A stretch of DNA of 64,000 bases from Eledone cirrhosa (lineage: Eukaryota): positions 243,164,001 to 243,228,000 of the forward strand of contig OZ024742.1 in the NCBI GenBank assembly GCA_964016885.1. Reading direction: 5' to 3'. How positions within the stretch are numbered: position 1 is the first letter of the stretch; each line of letters opens with the position of its first letter. The notes beneath the pieces are model-generated. The model had not been told where the DNA came from. It ran no database searches and saw only the letters and a list, made by a program, of their open reading frames with translations. This document shows, in pieces, positions 40,949-57,879 of this stretch. A program made the translations under genes and the position numbers.

Positions 40949-41544
40949 TAATATGCATGTTTATTCTTGTCTTTATACTTATTTGCTAGGGTGTATTTGT
41001 ATGTCTATGTATATATTTGTGTGATTGTATGTTTATGTGTGTGTCTCTAAGTCTGACCGTCTGGTGAGTTAAATGATTATCTAGTTAGGGGGTCTCATAT
41101 AAAATATATGAAAAATATATGTTAACCAATGAAAGAAAAATATGTTTTCTTTCTCTAGACAAATATGTATTATAGAAATATGCGCACTCATATTTTTCTC
41201 ATGCTTTATTACTTCAGTTTAAGGAAATCTATATTTGAATGTCTTGCTGCTTTGATGTGTAAAAGAAAAAAATACTGCATTCTAATTTAATCTAGATTCG
41301 TGGGCGAATGAATAGAAAGTATATTTTCTCCATTCATAGGGCAATATAGCCTCGTTAGTAAAGACTAATGTTAAGTGAAACTAGTGTTGACTCACTGTTC
41401 GGAAACAGACACAATATATTCAAATCGTTTTTGTCTCAGTCTTTGTCGATTTTCATATTTCATTGGGGTGGGGAATTACTTTTATGCTTCTCATGCATAG
41501 CCATTTAAAACCGATTCAATAGCAATGATGAGGATGGCAAATAA

Positions 41545-41954
41545 TAATTGTTTCTACCTTAGGCACAAGGCCAGCAATATGAAAGAAGGGGGGAAAGTCG
41601 ATTAAATCGACCATAGCGCATTACTATTAGTTTATTTTATCAACCCCGTAAGGATGAAAGACAAAGCTAACCTTGGCGAGATTTGAACTCAGAACTTTAA
41701 AAGGCTGTAAATATATGCCACAAAGCATATTGTCCGACGCTCTAACGCCAATCCTATAATAATAATTGTTTCTATTTTTGGTACAAGGCCAGCAATTACC
41801 CCAGTGTATTACTGGTGCTTTATTGTATCGACCCCGTAAGGATGAAAGGTTAAGTTAACCTCGGCGGGATTTGAACTCAAAATGTAAAGGGCCATAACTC
41901 TATGCTGTAAAGCATGGTGTCTGACGCACTACCGATACTGCCAATTCACCGCCC
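41545..41954 (-). mobile_element. Two tandem SINE family A copies
   Basis: Separated and flanked by (CCT)ATAATAAT. Confidence 0.85.
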
Positions 41955-42036
41955 TATAATAATAATGTGGTACAATATTTGCTATCAGTGTACTTTCAAA
42001 CACCTGTAAAATCAATTTTCGTTTCTGCTATCTTAC

Positions 42037-42185
42037 CTGAACTCAACTAGTAAGCAGGTGAGTCATAAGCTTGCATAAAAATCTATTACAGGCTGCCATA
42101 GAAACCATTATTTTAGCACTGACAGACATGTGTTCGATGCCGACCTCCGGTTCTATTTTCAAACTACTTGCAGCAAAAGTTCTAA
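42037..42185 (-). other. Candidate host exon (149 nt)
   Basis: Acceptor TTCTCTTTCTAG| and donor CAG|GTAAGA in non-repetitive-looking sequence; one frame is open for 46 codons then TGA just before the donor. Confidence 0.3.
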
Positions 42186-43589
42186 CTAGAAAGAGAATCA
42201 ATGCATCATCATTATTTTTCTCATCACTACCATCATCAATACTACACTACCACCGCAACCATGAATACATCAATAATGCCTACACAACTACTACTACCGT
42301 TGTTGCCGATGCTGCTGATGCTATTACTACTACTACAACTACTACTGCTGCTACTACTACTACTACAACTACTACTGCTGCTACTACTACTGCTACTACT
42401 ACTGCTACTACTACTACTACTGCTGCTACTGCTGCTGCTCTGCTACTACTACTACTACTAGGTCGTCGTCATCGCCGTCACGTCTTTGAAGTGAGAATCG
42501 AATATCAAACAAATGGATTCAATGTGGTTTTATATAGCTGCAAGTCACGCTTGAAAGATGCTACGCGAGATTCTGCTGAAATAAAAGACGAAATCAAAGC
42601 TCCAAACGCGAGATAGGTTCAAATATATTTCTCTGATTACAAGGGTCAAGACCTTTTTTTTATATAGAAATGTCAGATACAAGATTTTCAAATATAACAC
42701 ACAAAAAAATAAATGTTCAAATATACAGGTCTGATGTACATTTAGTTATTAAATTAATCTGATCACACTTAGTTATTAAATTCTTTTGATTAAATTCTTT
42801 TGATAATACCAATATCACTTTTCTTTGTATGTATTGTAAATGTATTATTTACTAAATCAAAGAATGGATATGTGGGGTATCGGTATTTACTAAAACCCCT
42901 TTTATGTTTTAGCTTTACGTGTCACTGAGGTCGACTTTGCCATTCATCGTTAAGTGACAGATAAAATATAATAATCGAGTATTTAGGTTCAATTTAATCG
43001 ACTGTTTACTCCCACCAAAATTCAGGTCCTGTACTAATATCAAAAATCAATATTTATCAACGGGTTGGCAAGTATAATGGAGTATAAAGGTTCTGATTTG
43101 TTATCTCTGTGATTAGGTTTCCTAATACTAAGCTAATCTCTTTCAATTACGCTAGTTATTATGACTTTCGAAAAGAATTTTAAAAAAACGTTCGTACACT
43201 ATTAGTTTCTCGTTACGTTTCCACGTCTAAAACAGCTAAACGAGACAGTTCATCCAGCTATCAAACTAACTACATATTAATAAGTCTTGTTATTGTTTAC
43301 TCCCACGTTTTGTCCTAAGTTCAAACCACAAAGATATTCTAGCTGTGATCAACCCATTTTATTTTCAGGAATAGAATACCCCTCACTAAAAGATTGTGAA
43401 GGCACATGTATTAGTGAATAGAGTATTTAGCTCATGGTTGTAAGGTCGTGAGATCCATTATAGGAGGTTCGTAATGTCCATCAGCAAAATATTCTATTTC
43501 ACGTTGTTCCAGTCCCCTCTGTGCTGGATGTTCGTGTCATCATCTAGTTATCTGCAATTTGAAACTAGCTAAAGCCAAAGAAGCTCACA

Positions 43590-44510
43590 AAACTGGCAAG
43601 TCCAATCGGGAGTGATAATCCCAATTTTCAAAATGTGTGACAGGAGAGGTTGTTCCAGTTACAGAGGGATCTCCTTGTTAAACCTCCTCACTAAAGTCTA
43701 TGCTAAGTGTCTGGCAAAGAGATGTAAGGAGATAATCGAGCCCAAGCTAGCTGGTGAACAGTGTGGTTTTCGCCCCGGACACAGCAAAGCTGACCAAATG
43801 TTCACACTGCAACAGATCTACGAGAAATCGCGGAGGTATTGCCAAGAGGGATATTCTTGTTTTGCAAACCTCGAAAAGACATATGATCGCGTTCCTCTTG
43901 ACCTGCTTTGAAAGATTCTGCAGGAGCTGGGATCGATGGTCAGCTTCTTGCTGCCCTGATGTCTTTATATGAATGCCCGAGTATTTGTGTTCGGATAAAT
44001 GGTGCTAAATCGAAATCATTCAATATGGGAGTCGGTACAAGATTGACAAGTGCAGCCGGTTTGGTAGTGGTATCATGACTGGCAGGTGTAAAATCAGTCG
44101 ACAAGACTTTGCAGACGACATGGTGTTACTTAACTCGACAAAAGGTGATCTCCTACTTGCACATGATAGGTTTGATCCAAGTGCTGCATAGCTGGAATGA
44201 AAATCAGTGCTGCGAAAACTGAGATGCCCGTCCTGTCAAGGAAGCCTACGCAGTGTACTCTACATGAGAACGGAGTTCCAATGAAGAAGGTGGAGACGTT
44301 CAAGTATCTCGGGGTCGTTTTCACGAGTGATGAAAGGCAGGAAACTGAATTAAATACAATAATAGCAGGAGCTGGTGCAGTAATGTGCCAGCTTCAGCAT
44401 TCGGTAATCAGAAGAAAGGAGGTAGGTGTCAAAGCGAAACTCACTATCTTCAATTCGGTATTCGTGCCAATCCTAACCTATGGTCATGAATCTTGGCAAA
44501 TGACCATCCC
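43590..44510 (+). mobile_element. RTE-clade LINE reverse transcriptase fragment
   Basis: [51 protein letters not shown]. Confidence 0.9.
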
Positions 44511-44517
44511 CAAATAT

Positions 44518-44598
<81 letters not shown>

Positions 44599-45042
44599 GG
44601 CGACATTTAAAGCTACAATATACCCGCTCAGGCTAAGAAGGAAAGACTTGCTGAAGAAGTAAATCCTATGTCCTGTCGTAAAAAACCATTATATTGCAGA
44701 CTCCTGCAATAGGAATTTGTCGATCTTGGATTTGCAGAAACTTAGTGCTGATGTTGGATGCTGTTATGTGATGTATATTGTTGATATACGATGTAAGTTA
44801 TATATTTTGCACCCAGCCTCACCGCTGTGTCCGGGTCAGTATAAAATCTTTTCCTGGGTCCTGTATTTTCGTTGCTCTAGTGATGCGGCTGGACTGCCGA
44901 CCGCTATATTTGATTTGCTAAGCTGTCTGAACGTAATGTTATTACTCTGGGGGTCTTTCCTTATCTGAGTGCTCAATCTACAGACCGATTATGCATACGC
45001 TAGCTTGGCCGTATTCTAAAGCTTCGTCAATGCTGTACTAAA

Positions 45043-45098
<56 letters not shown>

Positions 45099-45297
45099 CA
45101 TTGGATCTTTAGAGATGTAACTAAAATATGTAAATGCCATGAAATGTTTTATCCCCAGAATCGGCCATTCCACCTTTGTCTAATAATATTAAAATGTACA
45201 AAACCTCCTGAGATGCAAGTGTATTTTTTCCCATAAGCGTGAAACTAATAAAACTTTATGTAATTGTTCTCTTTGTCTTTTTCATTCTTGAACCAAT

Positions 45298-45330
<33 letters not shown>

Positions 45331-45332
<2 letters not shown>

Positions 45333-45556
45333 AATAACATTAAGAAGGTATATCAGTAACATGTGCTTCCGCCGTATTTGACTACATAGAATTAGTCTGT
45401 TGGGATTTTAAAAAGCCCTCTCACTGAAAAAAGATGAGAATTTACGTACATGGGACACGAACCCACATCTTCTGTTTGCCGGATGAATGCGTTTCCATTA
45501 CACAAACACGCCACCCATGCTTCTCTCCATTCAATTAGAAGTTATATAACCATAGC

Positions 45557-45560
<4 letters not shown>
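45331..45560 (-). mobile_element. (TA)n-embedded element containing a tRNA-like unit (45443-45511) with a T6 terminator
   Basis: Minus strand TGTGTAATGG (A box-like), GGTTCGTGTCCC (B box-like), TTTTTT about 11 nt downstream. Confidence 0.6.
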
Positions 45561-46302
<742 letters not shown>

Positions 46303-46347
46303 CAAGGCAGGCTTTGTTTACAAACGGCTAGTGAATTTGAAAATTAC

Positions 46348-46379
<32 letters not shown>

Positions 46380-46394
46380 TTGTGAGTGTGTGTG

Positions 46395-46803
<409 letters not shown>

Positions 46804-46827
46804 ACACACACACACACACACATTTAT

Positions 46828-46883
<56 letters not shown>

Positions 46884-47302
46884 CTGTGTATATAATTCGT
46901 AACTTCATATTCCATTATACTCAATACGTTTGCAAGTTTGAAATACCAAATTGCGATAACACAACTGAGAGAAAAAAACATCCTGAGAGCAACAAGTAAA
47001 TCAACGGCTGTGACTGTAACTACTGTTGCTGCTGCCGCTGCTGCTTCTGCTGCTGCTACTACTACTACTATTACTATTACTAAGACAGTAATAACGGCGA
47101 CACCAATGAACGAAAGTCTACACCAAAAAATTGTTCTACTTAAGCGTACATCTAAACCTCTCTCACTCCCCTTCCCCTCTCGATACGGTTATAAGTGACG
47201 GCATTCCTGTTCACAGAACGTGTAGATAAATGTACACTCGTATCTAACTACACACACATGTACACAATCACACACATACATACACACACACACGCACACA
47301 CG

Positions 47303-47397
<95 letters not shown>

Positions 47398-47612
47398 GTG
47401 AATTCTTTCCGTTTTGAGCCGCGAAGCATCTAGTTGCGCATGCGCAATGATAAAAAAGCAGAAGTACACTTCCTTTCATCTGTCTCTATATATCTAACAA
47501 CCCACGCCATGATGAAAAAGTCGGTATACAATAAATTGTGATATATACATACTTATGCGCACACATACGCTCATATTCGTATGTATGGGCAAATATATAT
47601 ATATATATATAT

Positions 47613-47804
47613 ATAGGAACGAGTAGGACCCCGACGGCTGGCTCAAGCCGTTTCGACGGCTAATTCTGGACTAAAAAAAGCCGTCGAAACGGCTTGAGCT
47701 CAGCCGTCGGGGTCCTACTCGTTCCTATTACCCACTCTACTACCCTAAGTATTGAGTACTTTGGTGCGTTATGGTCCACATGGTTCCTTACCACATTTCC
47801 TTCG

Positions 47805-47806
<2 letters not shown>
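47613..47806 (+). mobile_element. Pseudo-LTR remnant family X
   Basis: Inverted arm 47613-47660, direct arm 47680-47728, shared tail. Confidence 0.85.
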
Positions 47807-47848
<42 letters not shown>

Positions 47849-47914
47849 GAAAACACAGGTAAGCATTAAGAGAAGGATTTTATCCAGGTATTTACGACCG
47901 TTTCATTGGTATAC

Positions 47915-48016
47915 TATTTTGAAAATTTGGACTGTGAACAACAATTATATTTCAGTGGCTGCTATTTGCAGTATAGCAATATAAGGTTGCACTTACCAAT
48001 GAAACGGTCGTAAATA
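47915..48016 (+). ncRNA. Hammerhead motif with U3-A8 core and branched stem II, within inverted repeat 47841-47911/47994-48065
   Basis: TATT/AATA, TTGAAAA (47919-47925), TTGG/CCAA, GAAA (48001-48004), CG-GT-CG, TA. Confidence 0.75.
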
Positions 48017-48274
48017 CCTGGATAAAATCCTTCTCTTAATGCTTACCTGTGTTTTCTCTTTTATACTTTATACTCCAAGATTGAACGGAATTCTTACAAA
48101 CTTGTGGAGTTACCCCTAACCGTACGTTGAAACCATCCATGAAACTGGCTTTCTTAACCAAGAACTGGATCACAATAAGCAATTTCTTGCTTCTCTAACT
48201 ATATATATATATATATTTCAGTCTGGAACTAGCTGTTGAAACGGCAAGGGCTCAACCATCGGGGTCCTGACTCA

Positions 48275-48344
<70 letters not shown>

Positions 48345-48346
<2 letters not shown>

Positions 48347-48563
48347 GATCGATCGACTTTCGTCAAATCGGACCGAGGAAACTTTGTTTCCGTTCGTCTT
48401 TTTAATTGCAAGTACTATCTATCGGTCGTAACTCCAGGTAGAAGGAGCAATGTGAAATAAAGTACCTTGCTCAAGGACATAATGCATCACCCGGTCAAGG
48501 AATCGAACTCACAACCTCACGATTTCGAATACAATTCTCTAACCACTCAGCCACACGGCTTCA
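48345..48563 (-). mobile_element. tRNA-derived SINE (family B)
   Basis: TGGCTGAGTGG A box, GAGTTCGATTCC B box. Confidence 0.8.
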
Positions 48564-48669
48564 CATATATTGTTATGTAAAAAATATATATCGACTTGCT
48601 GACCAATAACACCTCAATATACTCGCTCTGATCGATCGCCAAAATCCCGGACCTCATTCGCTGGCCGAG

Positions 48670-51405
<2,736 letters not shown>

Positions 51406-51407
51406 AG

Positions 51408-51468
<61 letters not shown>

Positions 51469-51674
51469 AAAGAATAGTGCCCTCTGTATTGTACAGAGTT
51501 ATTTAATTACATAATAAACAACAAATATAATTATTCCATTACCAAACGTTTCAAGAAACTAGACAATTCTTACAGAAACGTCCAACCCGTTCGTCAAATA
51601 AAATAATTCTTTTGGATACCAAAACAATTCGTCTAGTTTCTTGAAACCTTTGATAACGTAATTGTGTTGTTTAT

Positions 51675-51709
<35 letters not shown>

Positions 51710-51711
<2 letters not shown>

Positions 51712-51859
51712 CACTGGAAGAAGAAGACCAAGGTTAACGTATGTTGATGCCCTAAGGACAGACACTGGTCTGTTGGAGACGCAGGACATGGCAGCGATAA
51801 TGAGTGACAGAGACCGTGGAGAGAACTCGTCCATGGATCTTGGGAATTTTACCCGCCCT

Positions 51860-51861
<2 letters not shown>
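51710..51861 (+). mobile_element. RTE LINE extreme 3' fragment
   Basis: GRRRPRLTYVDALRTDTGL..MAAIMSDRD. Confidence 0.7.
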
Positions 51862-51911
<50 letters not shown>

Positions 51912-51921
51912 GCGCGCGCGC

Positions 51922-51957
<36 letters not shown>

Positions 51958-52381
51958 TCTATGTCTCTCTTTATAGATACATCTATGTTACAAGACTAAT
52001 AAGATATTTGTAATACACACACACAGACGCACACACATATATATGTGTGTGTGTGTATGTATGTGTGCGTGTGTGTGTGTTGATTGATTTTAAATTAAAA
52101 TGACTTCTACAATACTAGAACTGTTTCATTCGTATGAAATCTTCAGGACTTGCCTGGTGATTGCATGCAATGTGCAAGTCACTGTGCATTCCACAAACAC
52201 ATGCACCCATAACGTAGTTTTCTGCGAGATTCTGTGTGACACAAAGTGTGACAAGTTTGGATTTTTAATTACAGGTACGGCTCATTTTTTTCCAACTGAG
52301 TGGACTGGGAACGTGAAATATAGTTTCTTGCTGAAGGATGCAACGTGCCACGATCGTGATCTGAACCTTAACCACTAACGA

Positions 52382-52583
52382 CATGGCTATGTCAAACTGA
52401 GGGCTCCCCGAGGGCCACATGGGTCACATATGTGTTGTCTGAGGGCCACACATGACAATTAATTGCGCACATTACAACTAATATTTTTTTATTTTATATT
52501 ACGCTTGCGTTGTAAAAATCTTTGTGCGGGCCGCAGGTGTGCTTGTAAAAGGTTGCATGCGGCCCGCATGTTTGACATGCCTG
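52382..52583. mobile_element. hAT-type MITE inserted into an old SINE (52090-52600, -)
   Basis: ATGTCAAAC...GTTTGACATGCCTG; flanks CACTAACG/CACTAAGC. Confidence 0.75.
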
Positions 52584-53333
52584 CACTAAGCTATGTGCAA
52601 ACCGAATTGAAATATTGCCTCTGACAACATAGCGTAATACCTTATCAATTAGATCACGAAAGTGTCTCTTAAGGGTTGAGATAGCTTAGTGTTGTCCGAA
52701 AAATTACTGGGTAGCATTTGTGATTAACAAATCGCTTTATTTTAGATTCTGCTCGTAATTTTCAGTGAAAATGTAATATTCTAGCGTAGTACTCCCATAA
52801 CAGTTCCCATAAGTCTTCGCTTAAGTTTTCTAATTTGACTCCTTTAATGCTTTCCATAAGACTATATACGCTACAGTTTAGAGTTCTATTTTGGTATTTG
52901 AATGATCCAAGCACTTGAGGAATTTTAGAACGGTAAATTATCTCTTCTCTTAAAATACGAACATCAGTTTATGAAGAAATCCTTTGCTTCCCCTCCACAT
53001 TATCCCTTGTGTTCTCCTTCTCTGTATGTGTGTGTCCGTGATTATAGTAATTCCCTACTGGTTGATATATTTTTATTTTACATCGCAACTAGTTCACAAT
53101 AGTTACATATTTCCAGCGGGATAATCATTCGTTCAATGCATTTATAATGGTGAGAGCAACAAGGAAGTGAATGGAATTCGGTCCAGAACAATTAACGTAA
53201 CAGCTTCTTTTCTAAGGCACCAGATCATCGGTTTCCTCACCAATGTTTATATTTCACACACACACACACGCTCCCTTCCCTAATATATATACATTTTTTG
53301 GTGACACCCTATATATATATATATATATATATA

Positions 53334-53480
53334 AGAAAAGAGTCAGGACCCCGACGGCTGAGCTCCGGCCGTTTCTACAGCTAGATCCAAACTGCGTTAT
53401 GGTCCACGCCCTCTTTGTCATATATCTGTCATATATCTTACACACATATGTGTGGTATCTTACCACAACCTTCTTTGTTA
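53334..53480. mobile_element. Pseudo-LTR remnant related to 36165-36220 and family X
   Basis: Inverted GGATCTAGCTG..GAAACGGCCGG arm joined to the GCGTTATGGTCCAC tail. Confidence 0.75.
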
Positions 53481-53977
53481 TATATGTGTGTGCGCGCGCG
53501 CGCGCGTGTGTGTGTACGACGGAGTTACACACATGTTTCCGTCTACCAAAATCAGCATACATATTATTAGACAACCTGAGACTATAATAGAAAATGTTTG
53601 CCCAAAGTACCGCAAAGTAGAATCGAACCGAGAACAACGTGGTTTTTGCTACCCTTGTATCATTTATGTAAAACTGATTTCCATTTACAATGGTATAATC
53701 TACAATTGTCAATTAGCTACTTTCATTAACAAGACCCTAGGGCCATTTCTTAATATCTGCCTGATTGATTCGTAGAGATGTTCTTTCTTACTGCATATGG
53801 TTGACTTATACAAGTATGGTCCCGTAATTCCTGAGGATATCGTAGTGGCGCCATATTGACATACGGCGTTTCTAAGGCATTTTTAAACCTAGTCGAGTCC
53901 AATCTTCTCCATGTGTGAATACAGCAGATTTCTTCCAGAGAAGGATAGCCATCGAGAGAAAGAGATATAGTGGAAGA

Positions 53978-54134
53978 ATCGACCCCAGTACTTGGCTGGT
54001 ACTTTTTTTATCCACCTCGAACGGATGAAAGGCAAAGTTGACCTCGGTGGGATATGAACTCAGAGAGCAGCGGATCAAAATGAATACTGCAAAACTCTCT
54101 GTCCGACATGCTAACGGCTCTGCCAATCTCCCGT
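53978..54134 (-). mobile_element. SINE family A (older subfamily)
   Basis: Conserved core. Confidence 0.75.
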
Positions 54135-54579
54135 CGTGTTATAATTACAGCGTTTAAGAAATACACGAATACTAAAGTAGTTTTTAACTAACACCACTTT
54201 TCCTACAGAACTTTCAAATAATTAGCGACATCAATAACTCTAATGATAACCACACCACGTTCCACGTAACAATTATATACTCATCAAATATGTTTCAAAG
54301 ACATGTTAAAAAGACGCACGAAAAAGACTGGAAAACGAAACGCAAAATACGCGTCTCCGGTCTAGACTTTGATTTTGATGCTTTCTTTCTGAACACAGAA
54401 AAAGTAATAGAAAATTCCCTGAAACTAAAGCCTCAGAGTCTGACAACATAGCAAGAATACACATAGAGCTCCTAGGACCCTAAATAATCCTGGCACGCAA
54501 CTATATCTAAAACGCTTGCAAATAGGAAATACCGAGAAACGAGACAAAACCATCACAATTCTAAAGCTTAAAATCGAAT

Positions 54580-54885
54580 GGAATGGAGGCACTCCGTCGG
54601 TTACGACGACGAGTTGATCGGATCAACAAAACAGCCTACTCGTGAAATTAACGTGCAAGTGGCTGAACATTCCACAGGCACGCGTACCCTTTACATAGTT
54701 CTCAGGGAGATTCAGTGTGACACAGTGTGTGGCAAGGCTGGACATTTGAACTACAGGTAAAATTCATGTTTGCCGGCTGAGTGGACTGGAGCAACGTGAA
54801 ATAATGTGTTTTGCTCAAGGACACAACGCGCCACCGGGAATCGAACTCACGACCTTGCGATTGTGAGCTGAATACCCTAACCTTA
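54580..54885 (-). mobile_element. tRNA-derived SINE (family B)
   Basis: GAGTTCGATTCC B box, GCGTTGTGTCCTTGAGCAAAACAC domain. Confidence 0.8.
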
Positions 54886-54954
54886 AAATCTCGATTGAAG
54901 TAACGTGACACAGACGTATGCACGCTATCAAAAGATCTAAATGATTCACTAATG

Positions 54955-55170
54955 ATTTCTAGTATAGGCATAATGCCAGTAATTTGGCGGAAAGGGAAAG
55001 TCGATTAAATCGACACCAGTACGTTATTGGTGCTTTACTTTATCGATCCCGTAAGGTTGAAAGGCAAAGTTAACCTCAGCGGGATTTGGACTCAGACCGT
55101 AAAGGACCGTAACTCTATGCTGCAAAGCATGGTGTCCGCCTCTCTACCGATACTGCCAATCCACCGCCCT
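54955..55170 (-). mobile_element. SINE family A, full length
   Basis: TSD TAAATGA(T/C)TCA(C/T)TAA. Confidence 0.88.
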
Positions 55171-55289
55171 TAAATGACTCATTAACCCATGCCATGCAAT
55201 GCCATGCATTACAAACATATAACCTACTACTTACAATATATCATTGTGTTTACTGTAAGATGGTAGTTATTAATTCGATGGAGAGTCCC

Positions 55290-56030
55290 TGGTAAATAGC
55301 ATTGCTGATTCATCCTCTAATCTACGCAGAGAAACATTACAGTGACTTGGGTAAAAAGAATACCCCTGGGGTGGACAAGCTTTTGAAATATACAGCAATT
55401 TATAGAACCAGTAATATCCTGAAAGGAGTATCTCATTATCCTGCGCCTACACGACATTCCGCACACCCTCAGAACACATTCTGCAATATACAAAGATGTA
55501 CATCACAATTACATATTCACAGCATTCCCAGACATAAAACACAGCCCTTCATCACCCACTTAGAAATCTAATTCCATAGTAACAGTCTTACAATAGCACC
55601 TACCAAATCCATCATTCTTATCAGCAACATCAGAAAACATCAATTGCAACCAACCATCACACTCAACAACATAAACATACCACACAAACAGAAAACAAAA
55701 TACTAGGAATTGCATGCAATAGCTCCATAACATCCACAAAACATAGAAGATATGGTAAAGAAAGCAGAATAGTGCATACGAGCAGTTAGAACACTCACAG
55801 GCAAGCCATTTAGCCAACGCAAAGAAATAGTGACATTAGTGAACAAACAATACATTCTATCCTGTCTCTGCTCCCAGTCTCTGCCCAACAATTCATAATA
55901 AACTACAAACAATGCGAAGCAGAATCTATCACAAGAATACAGGTTGCACACAGACCACACTTACAGACTAGCAGCACAAAGTAACAAAAAATCCGAAAAT
56001 GACTGACCACTTGGACATGTCATAGGTTAT
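55290..56030 (+). mobile_element. Highly degenerate LINE reverse transcriptase remnant
   Basis: LIYAE (degenerate YADD) and KILGI motifs, A/C-rich sense strand. Confidence 0.4.
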
Positions 56031-56140
56031 ATTCTGTTACTATTACTGTCAGCATGTCTCAGTCACTGTCAATATAATCATCCCCCCCCCCCCAATTTTG
56101 TTATTGTTGTAGTACCACATCTCTCACTCACTGTCAATAT

Positions 56141-56542
56141 CAAACCTGCCAACCTCTAAAAAACCCAAACGGGAAGTACCATGATAAAAAGTGCCCCCAA
56201 ACGGGGAGAACTGGGGAGATTCTACATAACGGTTTATTATATAGGCACAAGACCAGCAATTTGAGGGGGGGGTCGATTAAATCGACCCCAGTGCGTCACT
56301 GGTACTTTATTTTATCGACCCCGTAAGGCTGAAAGGCAAAGTTAACCTCAGCAGGGTTTGAACTCAGATCATTAAGGGCCGTAACTCTATGCTGCAAAGC
56401 ACGGCGTCCGACCCTCTACCGATACTGCCAATCCACCACCCTCAGATATGTAGGTACATAATACATAATGAAAGCTATACCCATTTTCTCAAGAGAAGAC
56501 GTCTGTCACCCAGCCGTCGGACAGGGAGAGTTGACAGGTCTG
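56141..56542 (+). mobile_element. MITE family M with 6-bp TSD, interrupted by SINE A (56232-56442, -)
   Basis: CAATAT|CAAACCTGCCAAC...GTTGACAGGTCTG|CAATAT. Confidence 0.88.
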
Positions 56543-56671
56543 CAATATATACATAATCATCGCCACCCCAGTTTGGTTGTTGTTGTCTCAATCACTGTCA
56601 ATACATACATGATTACCCCAATTCAGACATATTTTCAATACCCCAGAATATTACTACAACAGTATCCTAAT

Positions 56672-57089
56672 AATTGTTTCTATTTTAGGCACAAGGCCAG
56701 CAATTACCCAGTACATTACTGGTACTTTATTTTATTGACCCCGTAAGGATGAAAGGCAAAGTTAGCCTCGGCGGGATTTGAACTCAGATCATAAAGGGAC
56801 GTAACTCTATGCTTCAAAGCATGGTGTCCGACTCTCTACCGATACTGCCAATCCACAACAGTATCCTAATAATGATTTCTAGTATAAGCACAAGGCCAGT
56901 AATTTGGGGGGAAGGGAAAGTCGATTAAATCGACCCTAGTACGTTACTGTGCTTTATTTTATCAACCCTGTAAGGATGAAAGGCAAAGTTAACCCCGGCA
57001 GGATTTGAAATCAGACCATAAAGGGTCGTAACTCTATGCTGCAAAGCATGGTGTCTGACGCTCTACCGATACTGCCAATCTATCACCCT
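56672..57089 (-). mobile_element. Two tandem SINE family A copies at one target site
   Basis: CAGTATCCTAATAA occurs before, between and after the copies. Confidence 0.88.
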
Positions 57090-57199
57090 GCAGTATCCTA
57101 ATAACACTATCTTTTCCACTCAGTTCATATAAACATAAAAACATATTCAAAACATAGTAGCAGCTTCATAAACTTCATAAGCCACACATTTCATTCACA

Positions 57200-57725
57200 C
57201 ATTTTTGTAATCGTAGACATATCATTAATTCTCTACTCGCTTGCTTTGCCTTGGGTAATACTTTTTTGACAGACTGTCTATATTTCTACAAAACCATTTA
57301 GCTGTGGAAAATTTGGAGATAATCATAAGTCGGTTTGTTCGACTGATACAGTGTCTGCAGTGCAAGATATGTTAGTGGCGTTGACAAGAACAGCCTAAGC
57401 AATGTCTCTTGTGTAAAGCATCAATTTCCATCCGAGACTAATGGGCAATGTCTTGCTCTTGGTCACATTGTTGTTGCACCGGTTGCTTAAGTTTCAATTG
57501 GATCATATTAACGATCATTTCTTTCTCTTTCATCTGATGATGCAATTGTGCATTCAGAAGACAAATCTATTGACTTTCCTATTTAATACAACACAATGTG
57601 TATCGTGTCGGGTCTGTACTGTACATTGTCTCTTGTTTACAGAACAGTACAATGTTGTCAACTTTAATTTCTATGATGTTAGTAGCCCTAGAACTGCTGG
57701 TCTCCTTTACATCAACGATGTAGAA
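57200..57725 (-). mobile_element. Possible decayed LTR-retrotransposon pol remnant, probably continuing at 60350-60700
   Basis: SPNFPQLNGFVE resembles the integrase SPxxPQSNGxxE motif; single motif only. Confidence 0.35.
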
Positions 57726-57879
57726 CAGAGGTTCTCGAACATTTTGGGCCACCCCCACCTCCTTCACGACCACGTAATACCCTCAAGCCCACTAACCCTA
57801 TTTCCAGAAAGACCTGCCTACACGCAAATTGTAAATAATATATAATAACTAAAATCGTTAATTTATATATAATAAATAA

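Noticed and set aside
42071-42616. 181-aa ORF with Thr/Ala/Leu runs as a host gene
   Set aside because: Openness is largely due to a (CTA/CTG)n microsatellite; TTG start and no recognisable domain
51480-51680. Complete hammerhead in an inverted repeat (GAAACGTT half)
   Set aside because: No matching 5' core with a stem I partner; probably a truncated pseudo-LTR remnant
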